NCBI RefSeq assembly: GCF_006345805.1
Contig: NC_042997.1
Coordinates: forward strand, 112,282,001 to 112,346,000
Length of the DNA stretch: 64,000 nucleotides
Source: Octopus sinensis
Taxonomy: Eukaryota
Direction of reading: 5' to 3'
The number at the start of each line of letters is the position of its first letter. Position 1 is the stretch's first letter. Below, in pieces: positions 1 through 12,059 of this stretch. A model generated the notes under the pieces. That model ran no database searches. It saw only the letters and a program-made list of their open reading frames with translations, and was not told the origin of the DNA. Position numbers and translations under genes: made by a program.

Positions 1-387
1 ATGTGAGTGTAATAGGCTTGTATAGAAATGGTAACAGTTTGCTTGAGGACATGAATCTAAAAAGCGCTAGAAGTTTGTACAGAACATAGATAATTTTAAT
101 TACACCAAGATATATGTCCCTTCTGCATGCAAACAGATATGTTTAATGACCAAAAATAAATTAATTATCATAAAATGATTCTGAAATAAAATTTTAATTT
201 AACATATAATTACATTTGTTTCAATAATTATTCTTGCTTTCTCCAATTAGAATGTAAGATAAAGATTTAAAATATATATATTCCAAACATGATGTTTGAC
301 ATAAAACAGAGAATTTCAAAGGGAGTGAAACATTTGCAGAGGTTATTGATGAAATATTTCTCTTTTAGAACTTAGATACTTTAGTGC

Positions 388-389
<2 letters not shown>

Positions 390-452
<63 letters not shown>

Positions 453-925
453 ATGTGTGTGAGTGTGCAAGTGATCCATCTGTCTCTCTGTATTTGTTTC
501 TTGTGTGTGTGTGTGTGTTTTAAACTGTAAAACAGTGTTGCTGTATGCATTAAGTAAACTCTTCACACAGATTTGTGTTGTAATAAACGGAAGAGTATCT
601 GATCAATAATTGAAAAATTATTGGTTCAGTTCAGTTCTGAGCTATAAATGCCACTTAGATATTTCTGTTGGCATTGATATTGAATAAATAACTTTGTTTC
701 TTTGAGAATGAGCTTGTGTGTATGTGTGTGAGTGTGTATACATGTAAGTACACACACACACACATATGCACACATACATGCACACACATGCACGAGCGCA
801 CATATATACATGCACACTGACACACACATGCACACAAACACACACACACATACACATGCACACACACATGCACACCCACACACACACACAAACTTATATA
901 GATATGTATATGTGTATGTTTAGTG
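390..925. repeat. Compound microsatellites (TG)n/(AG)n and degenerate (CA)n
   Basis: Directly visible dinucleotide runs; these generate the HT/CV-repeat ORFs in the track. Confidence 0.95.
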
Positions 926-1011
926 CTGACTGTTAGAAAAAAAAGAGTACTTGATATTGTAGTAGAGATTAATATTTCTATTTTGGTTGAGTCAGTCACT
1001 TGCTACTCTGA

Positions 1012-1851
1012 GTGCTTGTCGTTGACTATGTGCTATGTATGTCAGTTGATCCCATTTCTGGCAAGGGCTTTGAAATAAAACCTATAAGAAGTTCCAGACA
1101 CCCAGCTGAATACTTGACAGACACTGACTTTGCTGACGACATCGCTCTTATCAGTGATTCTCTCTCCAATGCCCAGTCTCTTTTACAATCTCTCGAACAA
1201 GCCTCAAATTGTGTAGGGCTTTACCTCAATGAGGCCAAGACTGAATATATAAACAAGTGCCTGTCCAACAGTGATTGCATCATCCATACTCTCAACAATG
1301 CGCCCTTAAATATGGTTTCTGATTACAAATATCTTGGGTCATACATATCATCATCTGGAAAAGATTTTCTAACTAGAAAGGGTATGGTCTGGTCAGCCTG
1401 TAATGACATGCATAAGATCTGGTCATCAAATCTAAGTAGAGACTTCAAACTTGAAATCTTCAAAGCCACAGTCGAACCAATTCTACTATATGGCTCAGAA
1501 ACCTGGACGTTATCAAAGAAGCTTGAGAGGCGGTTGGATGGAACCTACACTCGCCTCCTTATGAGAGCTCAAAATCTTTCGTGGAAGCGTCATCCAACCA
1601 AAATGCAAATATATAGGAAACTACCACCTGTGTCATCTCTTGTGAAAGGTAGGAGAGTCCAGTTTGCTGGACATTGTTGTAGAGCTGAAAACGAGGCAAT
1701 TTCTACTCTTCTCCTCTGGAAGCCATCTACTCGCAATACCAGAGGGCGCACACTCTCCTATCCTGATGTAATCTCCAGGGATACAGACATCCAGCAACAG
1801 GACCTCCGTAATGCTATGATGGACCGTGAAGTCTGGCGTAGCATGGTAAAT
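1012..1851 (+). mobile_element. 5'-truncated non-LTR retrotransposon (RTE-like clade), reverse transcriptase C-terminal half
   Basis: Uninterrupted frame with FADD (1129-1140), GLYLNEAKT, YKYLGS, ILLYGSETWTL, RRVQFAGHC and DREVWR motifs. After ~1851 the frame only runs on through microsatellite. Confidence 0.92.
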
Positions 1852-2124
1852 GATGATCTGCCTGTGCGTACACAGTCTTCAAGAAATGTGTGTGTGTGTG
1901 TGTGTATATTCATGCATATATACTTACATAAGTATGTGTGTGTATATATCTATATGTATGTCATCATCATCATTATTTAACATTCGTTGTCCATGCTGGC
2001 ATGGGTTGGAGAGTTTGACCAGGGCTGGTAAGCTGAGGGGCTGCACTAGGTTTTGAGTGTAATGGGTGCTTTAATGTGCCAACATGTATATATAAATGTA
2101 TGTATGTATATATATATATAGACA

Positions 2125-2452
2125 CAGGAAGACATGGGATGAGGTGGTGAAGCATGATCTCCAAACTTTGGGCCTCACAGAGGCAATGACTAGTGACTGA
2201 GACATTTGGCGATACGCTGTACTTGACAAGATCCATCAAGCTGAGTGAAAGTGTAGTCGCGGCTGATGCTGGTGTCAGGTAATTGGCTCCCATGCAGGTG
2301 GCATGTAAAAAACACCTTTCAAGCATTGAATCTCATGGAGGCAAAGTGATTGAGCTTTTGATTCTTGGGTCTCACAGAGGAAGTGACTGAGACCTTTGGC
2401 ATTATGTTGTGCTTGAGTAGACTCATCAAGCCAAGTATTATGCTGGGCTTCA
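2125..2452 (+). mobile_element. RTE LINE C-terminal fragment with partial duplication
   Basis: Translates as RKTWDEVVKHDLQTLGLTEAMTSD; the TTGGGYCTCACAGAGG...GTGACTGAGAC segment recurs at ~2365. Confidence 0.75.
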
Positions 2453-3134
2453 ACGTATGTATGTGTGTGTATGTGTATATACGTGTGTGTGTGTATACAT
2501 ACATATGCATATTTTTTATTTATATATATATATATATTTTTTTTATTTATGTATATATATTTTTTATAAATAAAAAATATATATCTTTGCTGTTCTCTTT
2601 CTCCCACTCCTTACTATCTTTTATTCCTCCTCCCTCCCTTTGTTTCCTCTTCCTGTTGCTCACAAGTAACTACAGGCCATTTCTCTTGCCCCTGTCTATC
2701 AGGCTGGACATCATTTCTCTCGCCGCCCAACATTTTTTTCTCTTTTACTGTTTCCTTCTCCTCTATTTATTCTATTTCCTTTAAAAATTTCTCGCAGGCA
2801 CTAGCCATTACAATTCATCATGGTCTAACAGCCTTTAATGTTTGTCTTCATCAATTGTTTACTTTATACGTCCACTCTGTTTTTTGTTTATTTGAAGCCT
2901 TAACACTCGACAAATTTTATATTTTAAAAATTTCTGGATGCTGCTGTCTTATGAAGTTTTCCTATCTTGTCATTAAAAGCATGAAATAGGGAGTAATAAA
3001 ACAGTCGACAACTGAGGAGGAGTTAAACTTCTTTTGGTATTTTGTATTAATCTCTGCATGTTTATGTACTTTTCATTCATTAGTGATGTCCTGTACTTAA
3101 TGTGTATTGTTTATTTATATATATATATATATAT

Positions 3135-3460
3135 CATCATCATTTAATGTCCACTTTCCATGCTGGCATGGGTTGGACGGTTTGACTGGGGACTGGCAAG
3201 CCAGGAGGCTGCACTAGGCTCCAATCTAATATGGCAAGGTTTCTACAGTTGGATGCCCTTCCTAACACCAACCACTCTGAGAGCGTAATGGGTGCTTTTT
3301 ACATGCCGCCAGCATTGGGAGCCAATCAGGTGGCACTGGCATTGACCCATGCATGAATGGGGCTTATTGCATTCCACAGGCATGGGAACCAGTCAGGCGG
3401 CACTGGCATCGGCCACAACTACAATTTCCATTTTGATTTCAGTTTGATTGAGATTCCGAT
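3135..3460 (-). mobile_element. RTE LINE 3' end, (GAT)n-tailed
   Basis: Reverse complement of the 3' UTR seen at 5100-5352 (GGAAGGGCATCC, CCATGCCAGCATGG, GATGATGAT tail). Confidence 0.85.
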
Positions 3461-3474
3461 TGTAATATATATAT

Positions 3475-3803
3475 TCTTTTACTTGACTATGGACATGCTG
3501 GTGTATCACCTTTAGTTGAACAAGTCGACCCAAGAACTTATTCTTTGTAAGCCTAGTACTTATTCTATCAGTTTCTTTTGCCGAACCGCTAAGTTACGGG
3601 GACGTAAACACACCAACATCAGTTGTCAAGCAATGACGGGGGGGTGGGACAGATACACAAATACATACATACATACATAAATATATATATCTCACCATGA
3701 TCGACCAGGCTATCAGATGTTGCTACACATCGCTGGTCACAATGCGCTTCGCATTGTCTTAGCCTACAAATGACACCACCCTGCTGGCTAAGTGAGCAGG
3801 CCA

Positions 3804-3834
<31 letters not shown>

Positions 3835-3933
3835 TACGACGGGCTTATTTTAGTTTCCGTCTACCAAATCCACTCACAAGTCTCTGGTTGGCGCGAAGAT
3901 ATAGATAAAGACGCTTGCCCAAGGTGCCATGCA
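3475..3933 (-). mobile_element. tRNA-derived SINE type A, interrupted by an insert at 3691-3804
   Basis: Matches copies at 17110 and 25305 (CCTTGGGCAAG, GTGAGTGGATTTGGTAGACGGAAACT, CCGTAACTTAGCGGTTCGGCAAAAG). Confidence 0.85.
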
Positions 3934-4466
3934 TATGATGATGATGATTGCTTGATCTTGTTTCACATCCAACAAAAAATGAAATGGTAGTGAGACATCT
4001 GTATGTCAGTGGATTTTAGAAACAAAAGTTTATACAATACCTCTTAGTTGCCATAGCCGATTGCAGTGACATGTAAGATGACTGGTACTCTTTTGATTGC
4101 AAGTTTTAGGTCAGAGCATCTTTCTCCAACAAGAGCTGCCTTCCTCACAGCTTTGACACAAATAAGGAGAGCCTCTTCTATTGTTTGGGAAACAAATTCA
4201 ACCAATAGATGGGATCTTGACAGGTACTACCATTCCTGGTCTGAATGGATCTGGGAGTAATGGTAATTAAGAAGTGACTCCACATGCTTCATGACTATAG
4301 AGCTCTCACCCTGTAGCCTCACCCCACCCCACACATCTTCATTTAATGACCCTTTTTAATGTTGGCATGGGATGGATGGTTTGGCATGAACTGACGAGCC
4401 AGAGGGTTGCATTAAGCTCCAATGTCTGCTTTGGTATTGTTCCGACAGTTAAACGCACTTCCTACT

Positions 4467-4566
4467 NNNNNNNNNNNNNNNNNNNNNNNNNNNNNNNNNN
4501 NNNNNNNNNNNNNNNNNNNNNNNNNNNNNNNNNNNNNNNNNNNNNNNNNNNNNNNNNNNNNNNNNN
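4467..4566. other. Assembly gap (100 N)
   Basis: Run of exactly 100 N, typical of a placeholder gap of unknown size. Confidence 1.
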
Positions 4567-4574
4567 TATGTATA

Positions 4575-4855
4575 TATATATAACCATCCGAATGTAGCCA
4601 TTGCCAACGCCACCTTGACTGGCCTCCGTGCCGGTGGCACGTAAAAAGTACCAACCAATAGTCGCCGTTGCCAGCCTTGCCTGGCACGTAAAAAGCACCC
4701 ACTATACTCATGGAATAGTTGGCGTTAGGAAGGTCATCCAGCTGTAGAAACACTGCCAGATCAGACTGGGCCTGGTGCAGCCTCATGGCTTCCCAGACCC
4801 CGGTCGAACCGTCCAACCCATGCTAGCATGGAAAGCGGACTTTAAATGATGATGA
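4575..4855 (+). mobile_element. RTE LINE 3' end
   Basis: GGCACGTAAAAAGCACC repeats, TTGGCGTTAGGAAGG, CCATGCTAGCATGG, GATGATGAT tail. Confidence 0.85.
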
Positions 4856-4909
4856 TATATACAGACATACATACATAGATGTATATGTGTGTGTGTGTGT
4901 GAAGTGGTT

Positions 4910-5352
4910 TGACGAAGACAGCTGTGTAAAGAAGTGCTGATCTCTAACTGTGGAGGGAATCTGTGGTAGTAGAAGTAGACCCAGGAAGACATAGGATTAG
5001 GAGGTGAAGCATGATCTTCAAATGTTGAGTCTCCTGAAGGCGATGATAAGTGACCATCACCTTTGACAATTTGCTGTTCTTGAGAAGACTCAACAAGCTA
5101 AGTGAAATCATAGTTGTGGCTGGTGCTAGTGGCAGTAAAAGCACCTGTGCATGTGATACATAAAAACACTCATGCCAGTGACACGTAAAAGGCACCCACT
5201 ACACTCTTGGAGTGGTTGATGTTAAGAAGGGCATCCGGCTGCAGAAACTATGCCAAAATCAGAATGGAACTCGGTGCAGCTCTCTGGGTTACCAGTTCTA
5301 GTCAAACATCAAACCCATGCCAGCATGGACAGTGGATGATAAATGATGATGA
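4910..5352 (+). mobile_element. RTE LINE: degraded ORF C-terminus plus complete 3' UTR and (GAT)n tail
   Basis: Translates DEDSCVKKC*SLTVEG...RPRKT*D*EVKHDL...FAVLEKT, then runs directly into the abundant (GAT)n-tailed repeat, identifying that repeat as the LINE 3' UTR. Confidence 0.88.
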
Positions 5353-5667
5353 TGTATATACATATATATATATATATGACGATTGCTTCATCTTGAGAGA
5401 TGATAGCCATCCCCATCAACACACAGACCATGCCCCATCACACAGCACAATCATTCTGTTGATATGCCTTTAGATGACTTTTAAGACCAGCAGCTGCAGT
5501 GGCTTAGCATACAAAAATGAATGTATCAGTAAATTCAATTTTTAAGTATGTAATTATAAAAATATAATTATAATCAAGGGCTCTGGAATGTTGGAGATAT
5601 ATTTATGTATGTATGTATGTATGTATGTATGTATCTATCTATATGTATGTATATATGTATATATATG

Positions 5668-5878
5668 TTGCCAGTACCGCCTGACTGGCCCTTCTGCCAG
5701 TGGCACGTAAAAGCACCCACTACACTCTGAGCGGTTGGCATTAGGAAGGGCATCAAGCTGTAGAAACTGCCAGATCAGATTGGAGCCTGGTGCAACCATC
5801 TGGTTCACCAGTCCTCAATCAAATCGTCCAACCCATGCTAGCATGGAAAGCGGACGTTAAATGATGATGATGATGACG
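5668..5878 (+). mobile_element. RTE LINE 3' end
   Basis: Same 3' UTR motifs and (GAT)n tail. Confidence 0.85.
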
Positions 5879-6871
5879 ATAATCTGTTTGTTATTTACAC
5901 AGCCGACTTTGCCTTTTGTTTCGTTTTTTTTTGTAAATTCCAACTATATATATGTATGTATATATATGTATATTCTGTTCTGGGGAGAGTCATTTTCTTT
6001 TTGTGCCTTATGATTTTCACCGGTAAAATTTCCACTTATTTCTTATTTTTAGTTTCCTAAAATTTTCGTTGCGTCTTGCAACCTTTTCAAGTCTTGACTC
6101 TGTTAATTACACTGCGTTCCTTTTTCTTTGTTTGTTCACATGTGTGTAGGTCAGTGTGTGTGTCAGTGTGTACCGATGCATGCATGTGTGTGTATGTATA
6201 CATGTGTGTATGCATACATGTGTGTGTATGCATATGTATATATGTATGAGTGTGCATCTGTGTGTATGTATTCTGCATATTCATGTGCTCGTATGTCCAT
6301 ATTTGTGTATTTTTATGAATGTGTATGTGTGAGCATGTGTTTGTATATTTATGCACCTCTGCCTCCTTGTGTGTGCATGTCTGTGACTATCCAGTGGGGT
6401 GGCATCATTCAAAAGCTGAAATGATACAAAGAGCATTGTGACCAGTGTTGTATAACATCCACCGGTCTGGTCAATCAAGTGATGCTCACACACACACTAC
6501 ATACATATCATTATCACTGTTGTAATCATTTTCCTATCTGCTTTTCCATGCTGGCATGGCTTGAATGGGTCATCACCGACTGAGTCGGTTCCTATTCAAG
6601 CTTGCTGTGCTCACAGATGGCTCAGAGAATATGAAGGGCAATAACTCCATTTACATAACTATGTCCATATCTTTATCTATGTCTCTATGTACTTATGAGT
6701 GGTGGTATGTATGAACACACATGTGTGTATATATGTATATATGCACATATGTATATCTGTAATGGCTGATGAGAGCTATCTTTCAGGTCAAATGTGAAAG
6801 GTAGGACCTATTTCAAAACAGTCGTTAAATATTTTAATAATCAGTGCTGTCTTTCTCTTTTTATACATATT

Positions 6872-7130
6872 TATCATCATCACTATCATCATTTTAATAC
6901 CCTCGTTTCCCTGCTTGTCTGAGCTGGATGGAATTTGTTGAGGCAGATTTTCTATGGCTGGATGCTTTTCCAGTTGCCAACCTTCACTTGTTTGTAAGTA
7001 AGGTAAGATTTCCCTGTCTAGACATGTTTCCATGGAAGGAACACAAATAAAGAATACTACTTAGATGATGGTGACATTCATTTACAACCATCATGCTATG
7101 TCAAGAGAAGGAGACAGTAACCCACTGACA
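6872..7130 (-). mobile_element. SINE type D 3' part (RTE-like tail)
   Basis: Reverse complement of the tail seen at 49790-49968 and 43700-43845. Confidence 0.7.
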
Positions 7131-7274
7131 CATGTGTGCTCATGTGCACACACACACCCACACAGTCACAATCACACGCACACAGTCACAAACCCACATT
7201 CACACTGGAAAAAGTCTGTGATATGTATGTATATTTATAGAGGCAAACAGACAGATAGGTAGACATCAATAGGT

Positions 7275-7512
7275 GTGTATGTGTGTTATTGTCTTCTTTT
7301 CTTGAACATTGTTGCAAACAGGTGCCACTCTCGTACAAGCAGTGTTCTTTGTTTCAAAACTTCCATGAAAATATACCTGGCCATGGAGAAATATTACTTT
7401 GGTTGCAGACAAGTGAGGATTGGTGATAGGAAGGGTACATAGCTATAGAAAAATGTGACTCAACAAATTATGTCTGACCCATGCAAGCATAGAAAAGTAG
7501 ACGTTAAAATGA
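7275..7512 (+). mobile_element. SINE type D 3' part (RTE-like tail)
   Basis: GGAGAAATATTAC...GGAAGGG...CCATGCAAGCATAGAAAAGTAGACGTTAAAATGAT. Confidence 0.75.
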
Positions 7513-7755
7513 TAATCTCTCTTGCACACACACACACAAGGAGTGTCATTTAAGAAATTATTTAATGACCGCCAGTGATTGCCCAAATATGTTGAAACTG
7601 ACATTATCTCTCCACGAAAAATAGTCAATGCTGATTTAATTATTTTGTATTAAATACAAATTGAGGTAAAAATATGGAGAGGTTGTTTAAAAATTTTGTT
7701 AATTTTTTTTATTATTTAAAACGATTTCAGTTTCAAAAAATGGTCTACTTTATAT

Positions 7756-8130
7756 GGTGTTAATTGTAACAAACTTTTAATTATTAACTGTTTGTGTATT
7801 AGTTCTTAAGAATTGGTTTAGTTTATTGGGTGTTAATTGTAACAAACATCTAATCATCATCTTTTGGTGTATTTGTCTTAAGAAGCGGGGTATACGGTAT
7901 TGGGCGTTAATTAAAATTAACTTTTAATTATTATATTTGTATATTAGTTTTTTTTTAAATGGTGTTTTAATTATGCTTAAATGTGTAAATATTAATAAAA
8001 AATAGTGTACTTAGGGTGTTAATTATAACAAACTTCTATCTGTACTCTAGTTTTTTTTTAAATGGTGTGCTTTATAAGGTGTTGCTTGTAAACGAAGTTT
8101 TAATTATTTGTCTAGGTATTGGTTCCAATA
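7756..8130. repeat. Degenerate tandem repeat, ~73-bp period, ~5 units
   Basis: GGTGTTAATTGTAACAAAC-like motif starting at 7756, 7829, 7903, 8015 and 8078. Confidence 0.7.
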
Positions 8131-8149
8131 TTAAAAAAAAATGCATTCC

Positions 8150-8964
8150 GCTTTTTAATACAACTGACACTATCACGTTCTTATTTTCACTTTCAGTTTC
8201 CTTGCTGTAAATATATAAGGAAAACTACATTTGTCGCTTCTCCCGTAGATATAGTGAAACAAAAACAGTTCACTAAATTGCACGAAACAGAATGAATCTA
8301 AGAGCAAAAAGGACATTAAACGCTGTATTATTATTAATTGTAATGGTAACGGCTCTGTCTTTGCATCAGAAGCCGAAAGCATGGCCTTCCTCTGTTCATC
8401 GTCAAATCGTTACTCTGGCTTTGGTCACAATCGCGTTTGGTCATAACCTATTGGAAATAATAAATAGGAACTGATTTTGTTTATTAAATTGTCAATATGT
8501 GACTGTATAATAAAATAAAGTGATATTTTATATTCCTAAGGGATTAGAAAGTATAGAATCAGTGCAAAGAGTAAGCATGTTTGTAGTTTGTTAATAGTAG
8601 CAGCGTGTGTGTGTGTGGACTGAGTGCCGTCTGCTCAAGGCGCACAACGCCTCATCACCGACACGCACATACATTCTATATAGTGAAATGTAATGCGAAT
8701 GAATACATCTCTGATCAGCGCACTAATACATTACTCATAATTCATACATTCCATGGTAAAAATCGATTTAAAAACATAAATATTTCCTAAGAGACGCTTT
8801 TTTCTTCATAAAAACAACTTTGTTTTGATAATTAGAAAAAATTCTGAAAGCATTTATTTGTAAATGTGGCGAGATTTTTCGTGGAACTACTTTTAGGTCC
8901 ACAATAGATCCGCGGAAGAAAATTTCGTCTGTGCCCATTTAACTTTTTTTGAAACAAGTGGAAC
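8150..8964 (+). promoter_or_regulatory. Putative promoter/5' UTR: repeat-poor, CpG-retaining region upstream of the first coding exon
   Basis: CpG visibly more frequent than in the flanks (continuing to ~9460), no SINEs, directly precedes the ATG exon. TSS not identifiable. Confidence 0.55.
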
Positions 8965-9075
8965 ATGGCTGGACAAGAAGGTAAAATTACTTATGTGAAT
9001 AACGATGATACTGATTGTATTAAGAAAATCAAAGAAAAGACTGGTATTACGGCGGGACCAGACGCTAAAGTCAAG
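8965..9075 (+). CDS. First coding exon of an unidentified gene (MAGQEGKITYVNNDDTDCIKKIKEKTGITAGPDAKVK)
   Basis: Strong Kozak context AACATGG, 37 open codons, consensus donor AAG|GTAAGC (phase 0), within the CpG-rich region. Confidence 0.75.
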
Positions 9076-11853
9076 GTAAGCATTTGCTTCTATTGCGCTC
9101 TTCCAAGCCCGACCTTGTCACCTTAACGTCACATCGACGCCATTAGTATGTGCAGCTCGAAATAGATTCATTCTGTGTTGTCATCTTACGCTTTTATTGT
9201 ACATGGAGATTTATTTGTGTGTATTTATCTTCAGTTAACGTATACTTTAACCAAGTTCTCAGGGAATGTGTCGAGTATCTGACCAGGTTATAGTTTGTGG
9301 TGTGGAGGAGCTGTTAGCAGGAGGTTGAGGGTTCGTTCCGTGTTGGCTCCTGTGGAGAATGTTTGCCTTTAAATTGCGCTGGAATTGCAGTTTCTCTTTA
9401 CTTTTCCGATAAATAAACGAAACGATCTTCTCTCTTGATACCAAGAAAAATAAGTTTTTCTGAAATATTTAATATTTCTTTTACTTTTTAATCCCTAACG
9501 AGATGTCTGGAACCAATTTTAAATATTTTCATGTGTCTTAAATTAACTCAATTTATGTTAAAATTGTTTTAAATTTCACCCGGGTTATAAAACGACAAAA
9601 TAAATTACTGTCGTTAATTATTCATATACAACGAATTATATATCTGGAAACATTAGATATTCCAGATTTTAACTTGCTATCTTATTACCAAAATACACCG
9701 GAGCACATTGTAAATATTGGTCGAGTGTTATCGATGCAGCATCCCTCCCGGTTCAGAAACGAACAACACTACACACAACATCAGCAACTCAAAATGGTGT
9801 AAGATTACACAAGAAAGCCTTCCAAAATATAATCTACTACCACCTAGGTTTTCAACATATTAATTAGATCAACTTTAAAATAAAACAATACATTTATTAA
9901 TGATTGTTTTTATCTCGTCAATCAATGCTCATTAGGTAACGTGTCCCATTTTATTAAAAAAACCCTTTGGTTGTGTGCACAGGTAAGGTCACACGTCACA
10001 CACACCTTATAATTAACACTTGAGTCCTTATATGCCACATATATCTCTTATTCTACCATACTTTTTGGTGAACTTTTCATAGATTTGCCTTACTAATTCG
10101 TTGTAGAAGGGTAAATGTTTTTATCACCTCTTTTTATTATTTGTTATTTAGTATTTGGCAACCTCTATTAAACCAGTTTTAGTTGAAGCGTTGCCGCCTG
10201 GCCTGCCATTTCGTTCACACACAGACAGATACACATATAAGAATTTATGCACACACACACACATATATATATACTACACATATATAAACATACACACGTA
10301 CATCTCTCTCTCTCCACACACACAGATATGGTATGAAAAGAAGAGAAGGGTTTTTGTAAGGTTTATAATATATTCGTACATTTTGTGTGTGTTGAGGGAG
10401 AAAATATAAAACGGTAAACCATGATGGAATTGCACCTGAGTAGCAGTGTTCTTTCACCACATTTTGGGTTATTAGAATAAAGTGATCCTACCTGCTATCA
10501 CACACACAATACTCCCAAATTACCCGTGAGATGTAGAAAAACACTTAGAAACCTTATTTTCGCGTTCTTGGAATCTCTCTTCTATATTGTATCCCACTCA
10601 ACACTGTTAAAACTGTTTTGATTACACACACACACACACAAAGAAATACATACATGCAGTCAGATATACATACATACGTGCACACTCGTCCATACATGCA
10701 CTCACATACATACATACAGTTTATGTGTTAGAATTTATTTTTAAAGAATATCTTTGCTATTTGTGTCTCAGTTGTGTGTGACTGGTGCCACCACCGTTTC
10801 ACTGCCAACTCTCTTATTTACAGTGCAAAGCAGTCGGCATTCTAATCTATATAGCTTCTCTCTCTCTCGTCTCCTTTGTGTTTGCCTTCTTTTGCTCACA
10901 AAACTACTCAAAATTATCGACACCAGACCTTTCTGTTCCTTAACCTTTCTACACCTTACTAAATACACAGCAAATGTTTAAGCGAAACTATTTAAATTTA
11001 GTGAGGTACGTTCTCTGTGAATCGAAACCGTCAACCCGGTATAATTCCAGCTTGAAAACGTCTCACTGCATTTATGTGGCTAAACCATCCAGTGAGATGT
11101 GGGAAGGAAAGCATGAATGGTGAACACTCATGCTTCTGTAAATACGAGGTCTTGTGCCTATGTAGGAGTCATATCAAAGACTTAATTTTCATTCATTCAT
11201 CAACGATTAAAATTAATGATTTCCTGAACAGATTTACCTCAAAACGAATTTTTCAAACCAAAAGACAGTCACGATTTATTATAAAAAAAGAAAGAAAATA
11301 AATTGATTTAAATTTTTAACATGGGTTCATTGAAGTTGTATTACCCAAATAGAAATCATTAAATTGTCGCAACTTGTTTAAATGTTTAATTTTGATACTT
11401 CGAACTTCCAGGCAACGGACTTAGTGCGCGCTCGTCTTTGTATGTATGTGTATATATAAATGTGTGTCTATATTGTTTTTATGACAAGTTACATCTAAAA
11501 AACCGGAAGATTACTCAATACTTTAGTAGGGTATATGCTTCTTAAAATTTTACAAAGAAATGGTTGATAGTGACTTAGAAGTTTCGGCTTGCTTGCCTTC
11601 GTCAGTCTGCCATGTGTGTGTGTGTAAATACCTATATGTCTGTGTGTTATCAATTCATTTTATGACTTGATTAGTAACCAGTTGTTAACTTGTTAAACTC
11701 GTTTTTCTTTTTCTCTCCTTCTTTCGACCAGAATTAGTCAGAAAAACCGTGTTAAAATTTTTGAAATCTTTTTCTCTTTTCTACAGGAACTTTAATTGTA
11801 GCTTTTTATATATCGAGACAAACGTGTGTATGTGAATTGAATTTTGAATATCT

Positions 11854-11918
<65 letters not shown>

Positions 11919-11921
<3 letters not shown>

Positions 11922-12014
11922 GTAGGTAAAGAATACGTACACCACCGGTTTTCGGCGTAACAAAAGCCCTAAGCTTAAACCATAACCACCTGGTGTACGT
12001 ATTCTTTACCTTCG

Positions 12015-12016
<2 letters not shown>
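11919..12016. mobile_element. 98-bp MITE with 26-bp TIRs inserted in (TA)n
   Basis: GGCGTAGGTAAAGAATACGTACACCA (11919-11944) versus the reverse complement of 11991-12016, one mismatch; (TA)n on both sides. Confidence 0.9.

Positions 12017-12059
<43 letters not shown>

Noticed and set aside
365-999. ORFs rich in HT/CV/YI repeats (also 6087-6493, 36513-36757 and many others)
   Set aside because: They are translations of dinucleotide microsatellites.
1852-1980. C-terminal extension of the 322-aa ORF
   Set aside because: Read-through into (TG)n/(TA)n after RT homology ends.
9262-9330. Possible exon after AG at 9261-9262, and a donor-like AG|GTAAGG at ~9983
   Set aside because: In-frame stop or no matching splice partner; not supportable without transcripts.
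11770-11795. Strong acceptor-like site TTTTCTCTTTTCTACAG
   Set aside because: In-frame stop after two codons and no other support.
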